Translations under genes and position numbers: made by a program | Notes under the pieces: generated by a model | What the model was told of the DNA's origin: nothing | What the model saw: only the letters and a program-made list of their open reading frames with translations | Databases searched by the model: none | Assembly (NCBI GenBank): GCA_040752695.1 | Contig: JBFMGO010000003.1 | Span: 47,407 to 111,406, forward strand | DNA: 64,000 bases | Source: a bacterium | GTDB lineage: Bacteria > SZUA-182 > DTGQ01 | Reading direction: 5' to 3' | Part shown: positions 40,187 to 49,574 of the stretch, one piece after another | Numbering within the stretch: position 1 is the first letter of the stretch | Layout: each line of letters starts with the position of its first letter

Positions 40187-40588
40187 ATGGATGCCAAGCG
40201 AATTTTAATCGTTGATGATGAAGCCAACATGTGCAGCATTATGCAGGACATCCTGGTTGATGAGGGATATGAGGTGATGGTGGCTGAGAATGGAAGTGAA
40301 GCTCTGCAAGTCGTTCGGGATATTACCCCTGACCTGATTATTACCGATATCAATATGCCCTGCATGGGAGGGCTGGACCTGTTGCGTGAGGTAAAAAGCC
40401 TTCATCCGGATGTTCAGTTTATCATCATGACCGGCTTTGGCGAATTGGAAACGTACCTCAAGGCCATGCATAACGGGGCGTTCGATTATGTTACCAAACC
40501 ACTGAATATAGAAATGCTGAAACTCATGGTAGCCAAGGTTCTCGGTCAAAACCGGTTCTTTGCTTCCGCCTCGTTTCAGGGAAATTAG
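40187..40588 (+). CDS. Single-domain response regulator
   Basis: ILIVDDE, ITDINMP, MTG, TKP. Confidence 0.93.
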   Translation: MDAKRILIVDDEANMCSIMQDILVDEGYEVMVAENGSEALQVVRDITPDLIITDINMPCMGGLDLLREVKSLHPDVQFIIMTGFGELETYLKAMHNGAFDYVTKPLNIEMLKLMVAKVLGQNRFFASASFQGN

Positions 40589-40638
40589 AAGGCAGGAGGC
40601 GGAATTTAAGAATATCGTTACAGAGAATACTTACCTTG

Positions 40639-40680
40639 TCAGTGGTTGGCAGCCAATTATCAGTGGTTGGCAGCCAATTA
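40639..40680. repeat. Perfect 21-bp tandem duplication
   Basis: tcagtggttggcagccaatta twice. Confidence 0.85.
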
Positions 40681-40947
40681 GCGGTAGAGCCGCAGGCATA
40701 GAGCCTGCGGAGCGACCCTTTAAGGCAGTGAGGAATAGAAGGGCAATTACACGTGCGTGCAGATGGAAGATTTCCTATCCCTTATTGTTCTTGAATAATC
40801 CTTTATAGTCAGTTGCTTATCCAACCAACGGTATTCTATACTTTTATCACCAAAAAATATAATATTAATACTTGACAATCCCTCGATACCAGTTGTAAAA
40901 TCGATTGCTTTAAATTTCACAGCTTTTTTAACCGATACAGAGATTCA

Positions 40948-42039
40948 ATGAAAAAAATCGATATTAAAAAACTTTTACGAGTTGATCCAGGCCAGGCGCC
41001 TGCCTATGAAATCCCTGTTTTTCCGGAAGCGATTAAACTGGATGCCAATGAAAATCCGTATGAAATTCCAGTTGATCTTCTGGCGGAAGTCCTTCAAAAC
41101 ATCGGTCAGGTTCTTTTGAACCGGTATCCCGATCCGGGCTACGGGAAGGTGCGGCGTATTCTGTCCGGAATGTGGGGATGGCCTTATGACCGGATTATCC
41201 TGGGAAATGGATCGGATGAGTTGATTCAGGTCATCATGATCGCTTTTGGCGGGCCGGGGAAAAAGGTTTTTATTCCGACCCCCTCATTTGCCATGTATCG
41301 GATCATTGCCCGGTCTTTCGGTGACACGGTGGAGGAGATCCCTCTGTCGGAAGATTTTGACCTGGTCCTGTCAGATGCCCTTCGGGATCGTATGTATGAT
41401 CCGAGCCGGACCGGCAATCTCATTTTCCTGGCTGTACCGAACAATCCCACAGGAAATTGCTTTTCAAGATCAGTCGTTCAGGAAATCGTCGAAAATTTCC
41501 AGGGGATTGTCTGCATTGACGAAGCTTATACTGATTTTAGCGATACCAACTTTCTTGATCTTTTATCCGAACACCCTAACCTGATCATTCTCAGAACCCT
41601 TTCCAAGATCGGTTTAGCCGCGATTCGAATGGGTTTTTTACTGGCTGACGAGGCCATTATTCAAAATATCCAAAGGATAAAGCTTCCCTACAATATTAAC
41701 AGCCTGGCCGAAGCCGCAGCCAGTGTTGTTCTGTCTAAAAGAGAGGTCATCGAGGCCAGCATCTCCCAGGTCAAGAAGAACCGGACCTGGCTGCATGAAC
41801 AGATGATGCGGATTGAAGGCATCAGGGTCTACCCCTCCCGTGCTAATTTCATCCTCTTTCAGGTAAACTCGGATGCTGCGGCCCCAAAGCTGCTTGAACA
41901 ACTCCTGTCAGAGGGTATCCTGATAAGAGGCTTTGGCGATGAAGGAAGACTGAAAGGCCATTTCCGGGTAACCGTTGGCACTCAGGAAGAGTGCTCCCGT
42001 TTTGTGGAAGGGCTGAGAAAAATTCTGCGATCTCATTGA
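40948..42039 (+). CDS. hisC: Histidinol-phosphate aminotransferase
   Basis: KLDANENP, NRYPD, GNGSDE, PNNPTG, DEAY, RTLSK. Confidence 0.95.
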   Translation: MKKIDIKKLLRVDPGQAPAYEIPVFPEAIKLDANENPYEIPVDLLAEVLQNIGQVLLNRYPDPGYGKVRRILSGMWGWPYDRIILGNGSDELIQVIMIAFGGPGKKVFIPTPSFAMYRIIARSFGDTVEEIPLSEDFDLVLSDALRDRMYDPSRTGNLIFLAVPNNPTGNCFSRSVVQEIVENFQGIVCIDEAYTDFSDTNFLDLLSEHPNLIILRTLSKIGLAAIRMGFLLADEAIIQNIQRIKLPYNINSLAEAAASVVLSKREVIEASISQVKKNRTWLHEQMMRIEGIRVYPSRANFILFQVNSDAAAPKLLEQLLSEGILIRGFGDEGRLKGHFRVTVGTQEECSRFVEGLRKILRSH

Positions 42040-42148
42040 TCAAAGAGCAGGGAGTTTTGATCAATGGTATGTATACATGACAATTTAATTCAGAGCAATT
42101 TTATTATATAATATTGTTATTCATGACAATAATGAAGGTGTATAGAGT

Positions 42149-42733
42149 ATGAGCCGAAATACAACGGTTGAAAGAAAGACTACGGAAACGCAGGTTTCTC
42201 TGGAATTGAATCTTGACGGGAAAGGGGTATACGAGATCGATACCTCTATTCCTTTTATGGACCATATGCTTTCTTTGATGTGCAAGCACAGTTTTTTTAA
42301 TTTAAAACTCCAGGCCAGTGGAGATATCGAAGTCGATTACCACCACCTGGTGGAGGATCTTGGCATTACCATCGGCACTGCTTTTCGGCAGTTGCTCGAA
42401 GATAAGAGGCAGATTAGACGCTATGGAGCGGCCACGCTGCCCATGGATGAGTCACTGGCCACCGTTGCCCTTGATATTTGTTCCCGCTCCGTATTGGTTT
42501 ATAATGTAGATGTATGCGGAAAGATCGGGGATTTTGATATAGACCTGGTGGAGGAATTTTTCCGGGCTTTTGTCAGCAACAGCATGATTACCCTGCATAT
42601 CAACCTCTTTTATGGAAACAATCTGCACCATATTGCCGAAGCCATATTCAAGGCTTTCGGCCGGGCTTTAAGTCAGGCCACCCGTATTGATCCGTCTATG
42701 GAAGGGGTCCTTTCCACGAAAGGAAAGCTCTAA
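42149..42733 (+). CDS. hisB: Imidazoleglycerol-phosphate dehydratase
   Basis: DHML, DYHHLVED, PMDE, HHIAEAIFKA, STKG. Confidence 0.97.
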   Translation: MSRNTTVERKTTETQVSLELNLDGKGVYEIDTSIPFMDHMLSLMCKHSFFNLKLQASGDIEVDYHHLVEDLGITIGTAFRQLLEDKRQIRRYGAATLPMDESLATVALDICSRSVLVYNVDVCGKIGDFDIDLVEEFFRAFVSNSMITLHINLFYGNNLHHIAEAIFKAFGRALSQATRIDPSMEGVLSTKGKL

Positions 42734-42861
42734 AGAATCACAGAGCCAGACAAGAGGAAAGAGCCTGAAGAGGGAAAAGAACCAGGTGAGGGAAAAGAAC
42801 CAGACGATGAAACCACACTTGAAGGGTGAGGAATGATTCTCATCCTGGATGAGGTTGCAAA

Positions 42862-43461
42862 ATGATTGCTATCCTGGATTTTGATATGGGGAATCTGCGG
42901 AGCATCCAAAAAGGTTTCGAGCAGGTTGGTGCCTCGGCAGTGATTACTCGCGACCAGGCGAAGGTCCACTCAGCCCATAAGCTGATTCTTCCCGGAGTCG
43001 GAGCATTCCGGGACGGGATGAAGAATCTCGCTCATTACAATCTGATTCCCCTGATCCAGGAGGCCGTTGCAGAGGGGAAACCGGTCCTTGGAATATGCCT
43101 GGGAATGCAACTGCTTTTTACCGAGAGCGAAGAATTCGGCCTGACTCAGGGGCTCAATATCGTGCCCGGCAAGGTGAAGCGTTTCACGGTGAATCTGAAA
43201 ATTCCTCATATGGGCTGGAACTCGATCGAGATAAAAAATCAAGTTCCTCTTTTTCAGAATTCCAGTAACGGAGAATACTTTTATTTCGTCCATTCTTACT
43301 ACGTTGAGCCGGAAAACCCGGACTGCATCGCAGCCACAACTGAATATGGAATTCCGTTTACTTCAGCCATTTGTCAGGGTACACTGTTTGCCACTCAATT
43401 TCATCCTGAAAAAAGTCAGTCCAGCGGATTAAAGATCCTGAAGGCTTTTGCCGGGCTGTAG
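42862..43461 (+). CDS. hisH: Imidazole glycerol phosphate synthase glutaminase subunit
   Basis: LPGVGAF, GICLGMQ, PHMGWN, YFVHSY, QFHPEKS. Confidence 0.97.
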   Translation: MIAILDFDMGNLRSIQKGFEQVGASAVITRDQAKVHSAHKLILPGVGAFRDGMKNLAHYNLIPLIQEAVAEGKPVLGICLGMQLLFTESEEFGLTQGLNIVPGKVKRFTVNLKIPHMGWNSIEIKNQVPLFQNSSNGEYFYFVHSYYVEPENPDCIAATTEYGIPFTSAICQGTLFATQFHPEKSQSSGLKILKAFAGL

Positions 43462-43579
43462 CAGTCTCCCGTAGAAGAAAGTACTCTATTTACATTATGA
43501 AACAGTATTATCGTATATCATTAGTCTGTGTATCTGTATTATTGCCCATGCATCGAAGGGCATTTTCGGGGGGATAAAA

Positions 43580-44326
43580 ATGCTTATTATACCGGCCATT
43601 GACCTTATAAATGGGGAATGTGTTCGTTTATTTCAAGGGAGAGAGGAGGAAAAAACGGTATTTTCTTCCTCTCCGCTGGAAATAGCCAGAGACTGGCAGG
43701 AGCGGGGTGCAGAGCTCATCCATATCGTAGATCTGGACGGAGCTTTTTCCGGAAGCCCGCAGAATCTTTCGACCATCATGCGGATCGTTCAGGAATTGGA
43801 CATTCCGATCGAGGTGGGTGGTGGAATCCGGACTTCGGCCATGGCCAGAACTATTTTGGATTCCGGAGTTGAGCGGGTCGTCCTCGGGACCATCGCTTTC
43901 ATAGAGCCCATGCAGGTCAAGATTCTGTGTCAGGAGTATCCCGGACGTATTTCACTGGGAATCGATACCAAAGACGGCAAGGTAGCCATTCACGGATGGA
44001 AGGACACAACCCATGCCCAGGCACTCGAATTCTGCCAGCAGATTGCGGACTGGGGTGTCCGGAATATCATTTTTACTGACATCCGAACTGACGGGACCTT
44101 GCAGGGACCCAATATCGAAGCCATCAAGACTATGGTTGAAAATGTCGATATTCCACTCATTGCCTCTGGGGGCGTATCCGGTATGGATGATTTAAGGAAC
44201 CTGTCTGAACTGGAACCCCTGGGTCTTGAAGGGGTCATCATTGGCAAGGCGATTTATACAGGCGGTGTTAACCTGCGAGAGGCGATCAGGTTGTATCAAG
44301 CCCACAGACCAAGCCAGGTGCATTGA
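43580..44326 (+). CDS. hisA: ProFAR isomerase
   Basis: IIPAIDL, HIVDLDGA, VGGGIR, TDIRTDG, IASGG. Confidence 0.97.
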   Translation: MLIIPAIDLINGECVRLFQGREEEKTVFSSSPLEIARDWQERGAELIHIVDLDGAFSGSPQNLSTIMRIVQELDIPIEVGGGIRTSAMARTILDSGVERVVLGTIAFIEPMQVKILCQEYPGRISLGIDTKDGKVAIHGWKDTTHAQALEFCQQIADWGVRNIIFTDIRTDGTLQGPNIEAIKTMVENVDIPLIASGGVSGMDDLRNLSELEPLGLEGVIIGKAIYTGGVNLREAIRLYQAHRPSQVH

Positions 44327-44347
44327 AATTAAAATGGTGACTCGACT

Positions 44348-45106
44348 ATGTTAGCCAAAAGAATTATTCCCTGTCTGGATATCAAAGATGGCCGGGTAGT
44401 AAAGGGAGTCAGCTTTATCAACCTCCGGGATGCAGGAGACCCGGTTGATGTAGCCAGGATTTACGAGTCGGAGCAGGCGGATGAGATTGTATTCCTTGAC
44501 ATCACCGCCTCACACGAAAAGCGGGACATCATTCTTGAGGTAGCCAGGAGGACTTCCGAAATGGTATTTATGCCTCTCACCATCGGCGGAGGTATTCGGA
44601 CTCTCAAGGATATAGAGCGACTTTTAAAGGCCGGAGCGGATAAGGTCTCCATCAATACCTCGGCGGTTGAAAACCCGCAACTGGTCCGCCTGTCTGCCGA
44701 ATACTTCGGCAGCCAGTGTATTGTCGTGGCTATCGATGCCAAGAAAAACGGTCCATCCTCATGGGAAGTATTTACGCACGGCGGCAGGACTCCGAAGGGA
44801 ATCGATGCTCTGGCCTGGGCCAAAGAGGTCGAGTCCCTGGGCGCCGGAGAAATCCTTTTGACCAGCATGGATCAGGACGGCCAGCAGAACGGCTATGATC
44901 TTGCCATGGTACGGACCATTTCCGAAGGCGTCCAGATCCCGGTCATCGCTTCGGGCGGAGCAGGCACTCTTGAGCATCTTTACCAGGCATTTACCGAAGG
45001 AAAAGCGGATGCTGTTCTGGCAGCATCGATCTTCCACTACCGCACCTTTACCATTTCCCAGGCCAAAGCCTACTTGAAAGAGCGGAACATCCCTGTTCGA
45101 ATGTGA
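44348..45106 (+). CDS. hisF: Imidazole glycerol phosphate synthase cyclase subunit
   Basis: [40 protein letters not shown]. Confidence 0.97.
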   Translation: MLAKRIIPCLDIKDGRVVKGVSFINLRDAGDPVDVARIYESEQADEIVFLDITASHEKRDIILEVARRTSEMVFMPLTIGGGIRTLKDIERLLKAGADKVSINTSAVENPQLVRLSAEYFGSQCIVVAIDAKKNGPSSWEVFTHGGRTPKGIDALAWAKEVESLGAGEILLTSMDQDGQQNGYDLAMVRTISEGVQIPVIASGGAGTLEHLYQAFTEGKADAVLAASIFHYRTFTISQAKAYLKERNIPVRM

Positions 45107-45424
45107 CCGGCATGTGATCGGAAGGAGTACAGGGAAAAAGGACGGCGCTTTAAGAGCAGGCAGCTCGCATGTACTGCATTGAGCAAAGATCAAGTCATAA
45201 CATCATATATCATAACATTACAGTATACAGCAGGGGACACCAGCCTATGGAGCATTAACCGATGGAACATAACCATTGGAGACGGCCATCCTTTCGGTCT
45301 CCCGATGCCTCCCTATAAAGAATGGGCGCCCGCCCTGGGCGCCCGTTTCTATTACTCCGCGTTTACTATTACTCCGCTCGCGTACTACTATCCTTCTTTC
45401 TTATCTTTCCTCTCTTATCGGGCC

Positions 45425-46345
45425 TTACACAACTGGTGTTGCCAAGGTCACCTCAAAAGATCCTGTCTCGAGGATAGTAAAAGGATTCTTCGTCAACGTA
45501 TAATTACCAGCTCCCTCAGTCGGCGAGAGGACAGTGCCGACAATTTCAAGATCAATCGGCTGACCGCCAAGACCAGTGGCGGTGCCGTTGAGAATCACTT
45601 GATTATTGAGCCGCTGACCGCTTACTTCAACCAGGGTCGGAAGTGTGGCATTACCTACCAGCTGAACATAACCGTAAAGCAGGGTAGGTGTAATGGGATC
45701 CTCAATCAGGTTGATGGTTATAATGCCGCTTGCCACACCACTCGACCAGACTCCTTCCCATGTACCCGCTTGCTCGGTTAACCCATTCGTTAATCCGCCA
45801 AGGCTTGCTCCGTACAGCCCGCCAAAGAGGCTGCTGTATAAGCTACTATAAAGGCTGCTGCCATATAAACCACCATACAGCCCGCCGCCGCCATACAATC
45901 CACCGTATCCACCGTAGAGACCGCCGCCCAATAATCCACTATAGAGCCCGCCTAAGAGGCTGCTGCCGTATAGGCCGCCCAGGAGGCTGCTGCCATATAG
46001 GCCGCCCAGGAGGCTGCTGCCGTATAAACCGCCATACAGCCCGCCGCCCCCATACAATCCACCATATCCACCGTAGAGACCGCCGCCCAATAATCCACCA
46101 TACAGTCCGCTATAGAGGCTGCTGCCGTATAGGCCGCCCAGGAGGCTGCTGCCGTATAAACCGCCATACAGCCCGCCGCCCCCATACAATCCACCATATC
46201 CACCGTAAAGACTGCCGCCCAATAATCCGCCGCCATAACTATAGTAGGCACGTGCAGTTCCATGGGACATCATCATGAGAGCAAAGAGCAGGAAAAAGGA
46301 AAAGACAAGAAGAGTATGACGGGCATGTTGGGTAGAAGAATTCAT
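45425..46345 (-). CDS. Secreted Gly/Tyr/Leu/Ser-rich repeat protein with a C-terminal beta-rich domain
   Basis: Signal peptide ending ARA; about 150 aa of GGLYG / GSSLL repeats; C-terminal EQAGTWEGVW domain; RBS aaggag upstream. Confidence 0.8.
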   Translation of the reverse strand: MNSSTQHARHTLLVFSFFLLFALMMMSHGTARAYYSYGGGLLGGSLYGGYGGLYGGGGLYGGLYGSSLLGGLYGSSLYSGLYGGLLGGGLYGGYGGLYGGGGLYGGLYGSSLLGGLYGSSLLGGLYGSSLLGGLYSGLLGGGLYGGYGGLYGGGGLYGGLYGSSLYSSLYSSLFGGLYGASLGGLTNGLTEQAGTWEGVWSSGVASGIITINLIEDPITPTLLYGYVQLVGNATLPTLVEVSGQRLNNQVILNGTATGLGGQPIDLEIVGTVLSPTEGAGNYTLTKNPFTILETGSFEVTLATPVV

Positions 46346-46616
46346 CAGATAATCTCCTTATTACAGAGCGCAGAGAACTTTATCACTGAGCACAGGAACC
46401 CGAGAAAGCACATGAACCTCATTACAGAACACAGGAACTTCATCACAGAGAGCAAGAGAACCTAAAGGAAAAACAATCGTACCGCCTGTCCCCCATTAAC
46501 CTGACACTACATCTTCCAACCACTCACCACTCTCGGATGCTGTACACCTCCTTCAAGCATTTCAAGGGGCTTGATCCTTAATCGATTTACCGTTAGCTTC
46601 ATACTGGTCTTTTCAA

Positions 46617-46631
46617 GCAATATCGATACCA
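46617..46631 (-). promoter_or_regulatory. Putative sigma54 promoter of the Gly/Tyr-rich protein
   Basis: TGGTATCGATATTGC (GG-N10-GC). Confidence 0.6.
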
Positions 46632-46903
46632 GGGGCGGGGAGGCAATTCGTAAGGCAGATAATCCGATATCTTTTCACTGTTTTGATCGGAGAGACCCCT
46701 CAGGTGTTTTTACCCTGGCAGGGCTGTCATAAAAGCTGTAATTTCTGTGTATAATATTTATAAGTAACCTCCTTCACTCTCCCGCAAGGCGCCTTGAGGG
46801 AAGGAGAATGAGCTGCTCAAACACAACCGATTGCTCTGCGCCGCGCTTATCCCTGTGTCTTTGAGTGCCTGGTATGGCTGCTTTTGTATTATCGCTTACG
46901 GTT

Positions 46904-49015
46904 TCATTGCATCGTTAGTGAGTTGACGATCGACCGCACTGATTCGGCCTGTGGGTGATAAGGATTAAGGCGCAGAACCTCACGGTAGTGCTCCACTGCT
47001 TTTGGGTAATCCTGAAGGCGGTAGAAGAGTCCGGCAAGGCTGAAGTGGATATCCGCAGGATGAATCGGGGATTGTGGCACTTCCCCGGTCAGGCGGAGAG
47101 CTTCCTGGTAATTGACAAGGGCACTTTTAAAGTCTCCCAGGAGCTCGCTGGCAATGGCCAGATAGAAATAGCCTCGCGGGTCTTTGGGTGAAATTCCGGT
47201 GACCCGGCTATATTGCTCTTTTGCCATCCGGTAGCCTTCCAGAGTGCCATAGCAAAGGTAAACCTTGCCCAGGGAGAAATAGGCAGGTGCAAAGGACGGC
47301 TCCTGTTTGATGATAGAAGAAAACGTTTCTTCCGCAGCCTTTAGCTGGTTGGTCTGGGCATAGGCGACTCCCAGATTATGCTCGATCCTGAGCGACTGGT
47401 CCTGCTCGTTACTCCACATTCTGGCCTGATACAGGTAGACGATGGCTTGCTGGGGATTTCCCTCATCGAGCAAAACGCTGCCCATTCCAAGCAGTGCCGG
47501 AGCAAACTGAGCTTCCAGCCGGATCGCCTGTAAAAAGAGTTCCCTGGCCTTTTGCAGGCTCTCTTCCCGCTCTTGCGGACCGGGTGTTTTTTGGGCCTCG
47601 ATCATATAGGTATTGGCCAAAAAGGTAGCAGCCCAGTGGTTATTGGGGTCTTGAGCCAGGGCATCTTCCCATAAAGAGCGGTCATCACGCCAGACACGGT
47701 TTCTGGCCAGGGTCAGGGAGCAGTACGACACAATAACTCCGGCCAAAAGAAGTATACAGACAGCCTGAAGCAGCCCCCTGCTTTCCCTCGATCGCGCCCA
47801 CCTGATGCAGGCGAAGGCAATGAGCCCAAAAGCCAGCCCGTATCCCACAGAGGGCAGGTACATATACCGGTCCGCCATCTGGGTGCTGGTAGGAACCAGA
47901 TTGGCCACCGGCAAAAGAGTGATCAAAAACCAGATGCCGGGAAAAGCCAGATGTCTCTTCCCCCTCCACCACAAAAGGACCAATCCGCCCAGAAAGAGCA
48001 AAAGCAAAAGCGCATACACAAAATAGGAAGGGGTGATGAGGTCGGAACTCTTGAGCACCCGGAATACATAACGGCTGGACAGACCAAGGGGAAGGATCAG
48101 TTTCCCAAGGTAGAGAACCAGAACCTTTACGGTTAAAAGGAGTGAGAGCAGGAAAGAGTCTCCCACATAATGCATAACCTGAGCGGTCTGGGCCCGGTAG
48201 GTAGCTGCTGCCAAAAGACCGGCGAGAAGAAAAAAGGGAATAATCGCCTTCCACCGGAGCGGGTCCTCCTTTTCATGAAAGCAGAACTCCAGCAGCACAA
48301 GAATCAGGGGCAGCGTTACCGTCACCGGCTTGGCGAGTAAAGCCAGGCCAGCCCCCCCTACAGAACAGGCATACCAGGGCCAGTGCCAGGACCGGCGCTG
48401 ACTTGTCTTCTTTCGGAATCGGCTGTACGCATACAGTGAGAGGAAGAAGAAAAAGGCCGAGAGAACATCTTTTCGCTGTGAGATCCAGACCACGGACTCC
48501 ACGTGAATCGTATGTACCGCGAAAATGGCTCCTGCCGCAAGGGCAACCCCATAGATCCGGTACCACTCGAAGATAAGGAGAAAGACCAGAATACTGTTGA
48601 GAATATGCAGCAGGATGTTTACCATCCTGTAGCCTTCAGGCCGGAATTTCCAGAAGTGATAATCCACCTGGTAGGAAAGGATATGGAGCGGAGCATAATT
48701 CTTGAAATAGGAACGGGTGAAGAGGGTCTTCAGATTGGACCAGGAGAAGGAACGGATATAAGGATTATCCTGAACATACAACTGGTCATCCCACTGGAGG
48801 AGAGAGTTTTTAACCGAATTGGAAAAGCAGATGCTGCAAAGAAACGCCAAAAGCACAACGGCCAGTATGAGCCGGCCAGTCGAAATCCGGGAAACACTGA
48901 CAGAAGGATTGATATATGGCAGCGAAGATGGTGATAAAACTGGATGAGACGATTTCATCCGCACGACCTCCCCTTTTTCCCTCATCCCCTTCAATGTGAA
49001 GCGCATATTTTTCAC
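46904..49015 (-). CDS. TMTC-like GT-C membrane glycosyltransferase with C-terminal TPRs
   Basis: WDD, YAPL, NILLH, HVESVVWISQRKD, ADRYMYLPS, RNRVW, then TPRs. Confidence 0.85.
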   Translation of the reverse strand: MKNMRFTLKGMREKGEVVRMKSSHPVLSPSSLPYINPSVSVSRISTGRLILAVVLLAFLCSICFSNSVKNSLLQWDDQLYVQDNPYIRSFSWSNLKTLFTRSYFKNYAPLHILSYQVDYHFWKFRPEGYRMVNILLHILNSILVFLLIFEWYRIYGVALAAGAIFAVHTIHVESVVWISQRKDVLSAFFFFLSLYAYSRFRKKTSQRRSWHWPWYACSVGGAGLALLAKPVTVTLPLILVLLEFCFHEKEDPLRWKAIIPFFLLAGLLAAATYRAQTAQVMHYVGDSFLLSLLLTVKVLVLYLGKLILPLGLSSRYVFRVLKSSDLITPSYFVYALLLLLFLGGLVLLWWRGKRHLAFPGIWFLITLLPVANLVPTSTQMADRYMYLPSVGYGLAFGLIAFACIRWARSRESRGLLQAVCILLLAGVIVSYCSLTLARNRVWRDDRSLWEDALAQDPNNHWAATFLANTYMIEAQKTPGPQEREESLQKARELFLQAIRLEAQFAPALLGMGSVLLDEGNPQQAIVYLYQARMWSNEQDQSLRIEHNLGVAYAQTNQLKAAEETFSSIIKQEPSFAPAYFSLGKVYLCYGTLEGYRMAKEQYSRVTGISPKDPRGYFYLAIASELLGDFKSALVNYQEALRLTGEVPQSPIHPADIHFSLAGLFYRLQDYPKAVEHYREVLRLNPYHPQAESVRSIVNSLTMQ

Positions 49016-49187
49016 ACTATGAAATAGCTTATCAGATTTTTCTTTTTTTCGCCAATAGTTCTCGATCCAAAAAATCAGTATCGATCTGTAAACAATGTTT
49101 ACTTTCGATATACCGAGTTTACGCTCGTATCTACCCTCCGTGAGACGTAAAAATATTAGAACTAATTGAAATAGTCAAGTATTTACA

Positions 49188-49228
49188 AGATCAAGGCAGG
49201 GAGATCGAAAATCTCCCTGCCTTGATCT
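49188..49228. other. Perfect 18-bp-stem hairpin between divergent genes
   Basis: agatcaaggcagggagat-cgaaa-atctccctgccttgatct. Confidence 0.65.
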
Positions 49229-49303
49229 CCACTTGTGGTTTCGCCTGTATTTCATGGGTATTGTATTGGTATCTTATTTGTATCCCCTCCTGTTTATGCC
49301 AAC

Positions 49304-49318
49304 TGGCATATGGTATGC
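49304..49318 (+). promoter_or_regulatory. Putative sigma54 promoter of the VWA/cohesin protein
   Basis: TGGCATATGGTATGC (GG-N10-GC). Confidence 0.5.
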
Positions 49319-49574
49319 AAGAAGTAATCATGAAACCTTGTGGATCTGGCTTGATCAAACACCCGTCTCCTTTGCCTTTGAAAAAGCTTACAGGACGCTG
49401 GCGCATATCCGGTCCTGGCTTGTTCCTCTCGCCCTGTTCTCTCTCCCTCTCTCATTCTCTCGTCCTCTCGTCCTCATCGTTCCCCAAGGAAGAGCGTAAA
49501 TATTAATTTATGGTACATATAACGTATTCTTACACTTTACTATTATAACCCCATAAAACGAGAGGGAGGAAAAA

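Noticed and set aside
40948..45106. Incomplete his operon (no hisG/D/I/E) as a novelty
   Set aside because: Split his clusters are common, and the other genes may lie elsewhere in the genome
45730..46278. Arg/His/Cys-rich repeat ORFs in other frames
   Set aside because: Alternative-frame products of the GGLYG repeats; only the minus-strand frame has an RBS, signal peptide and C-terminal domain
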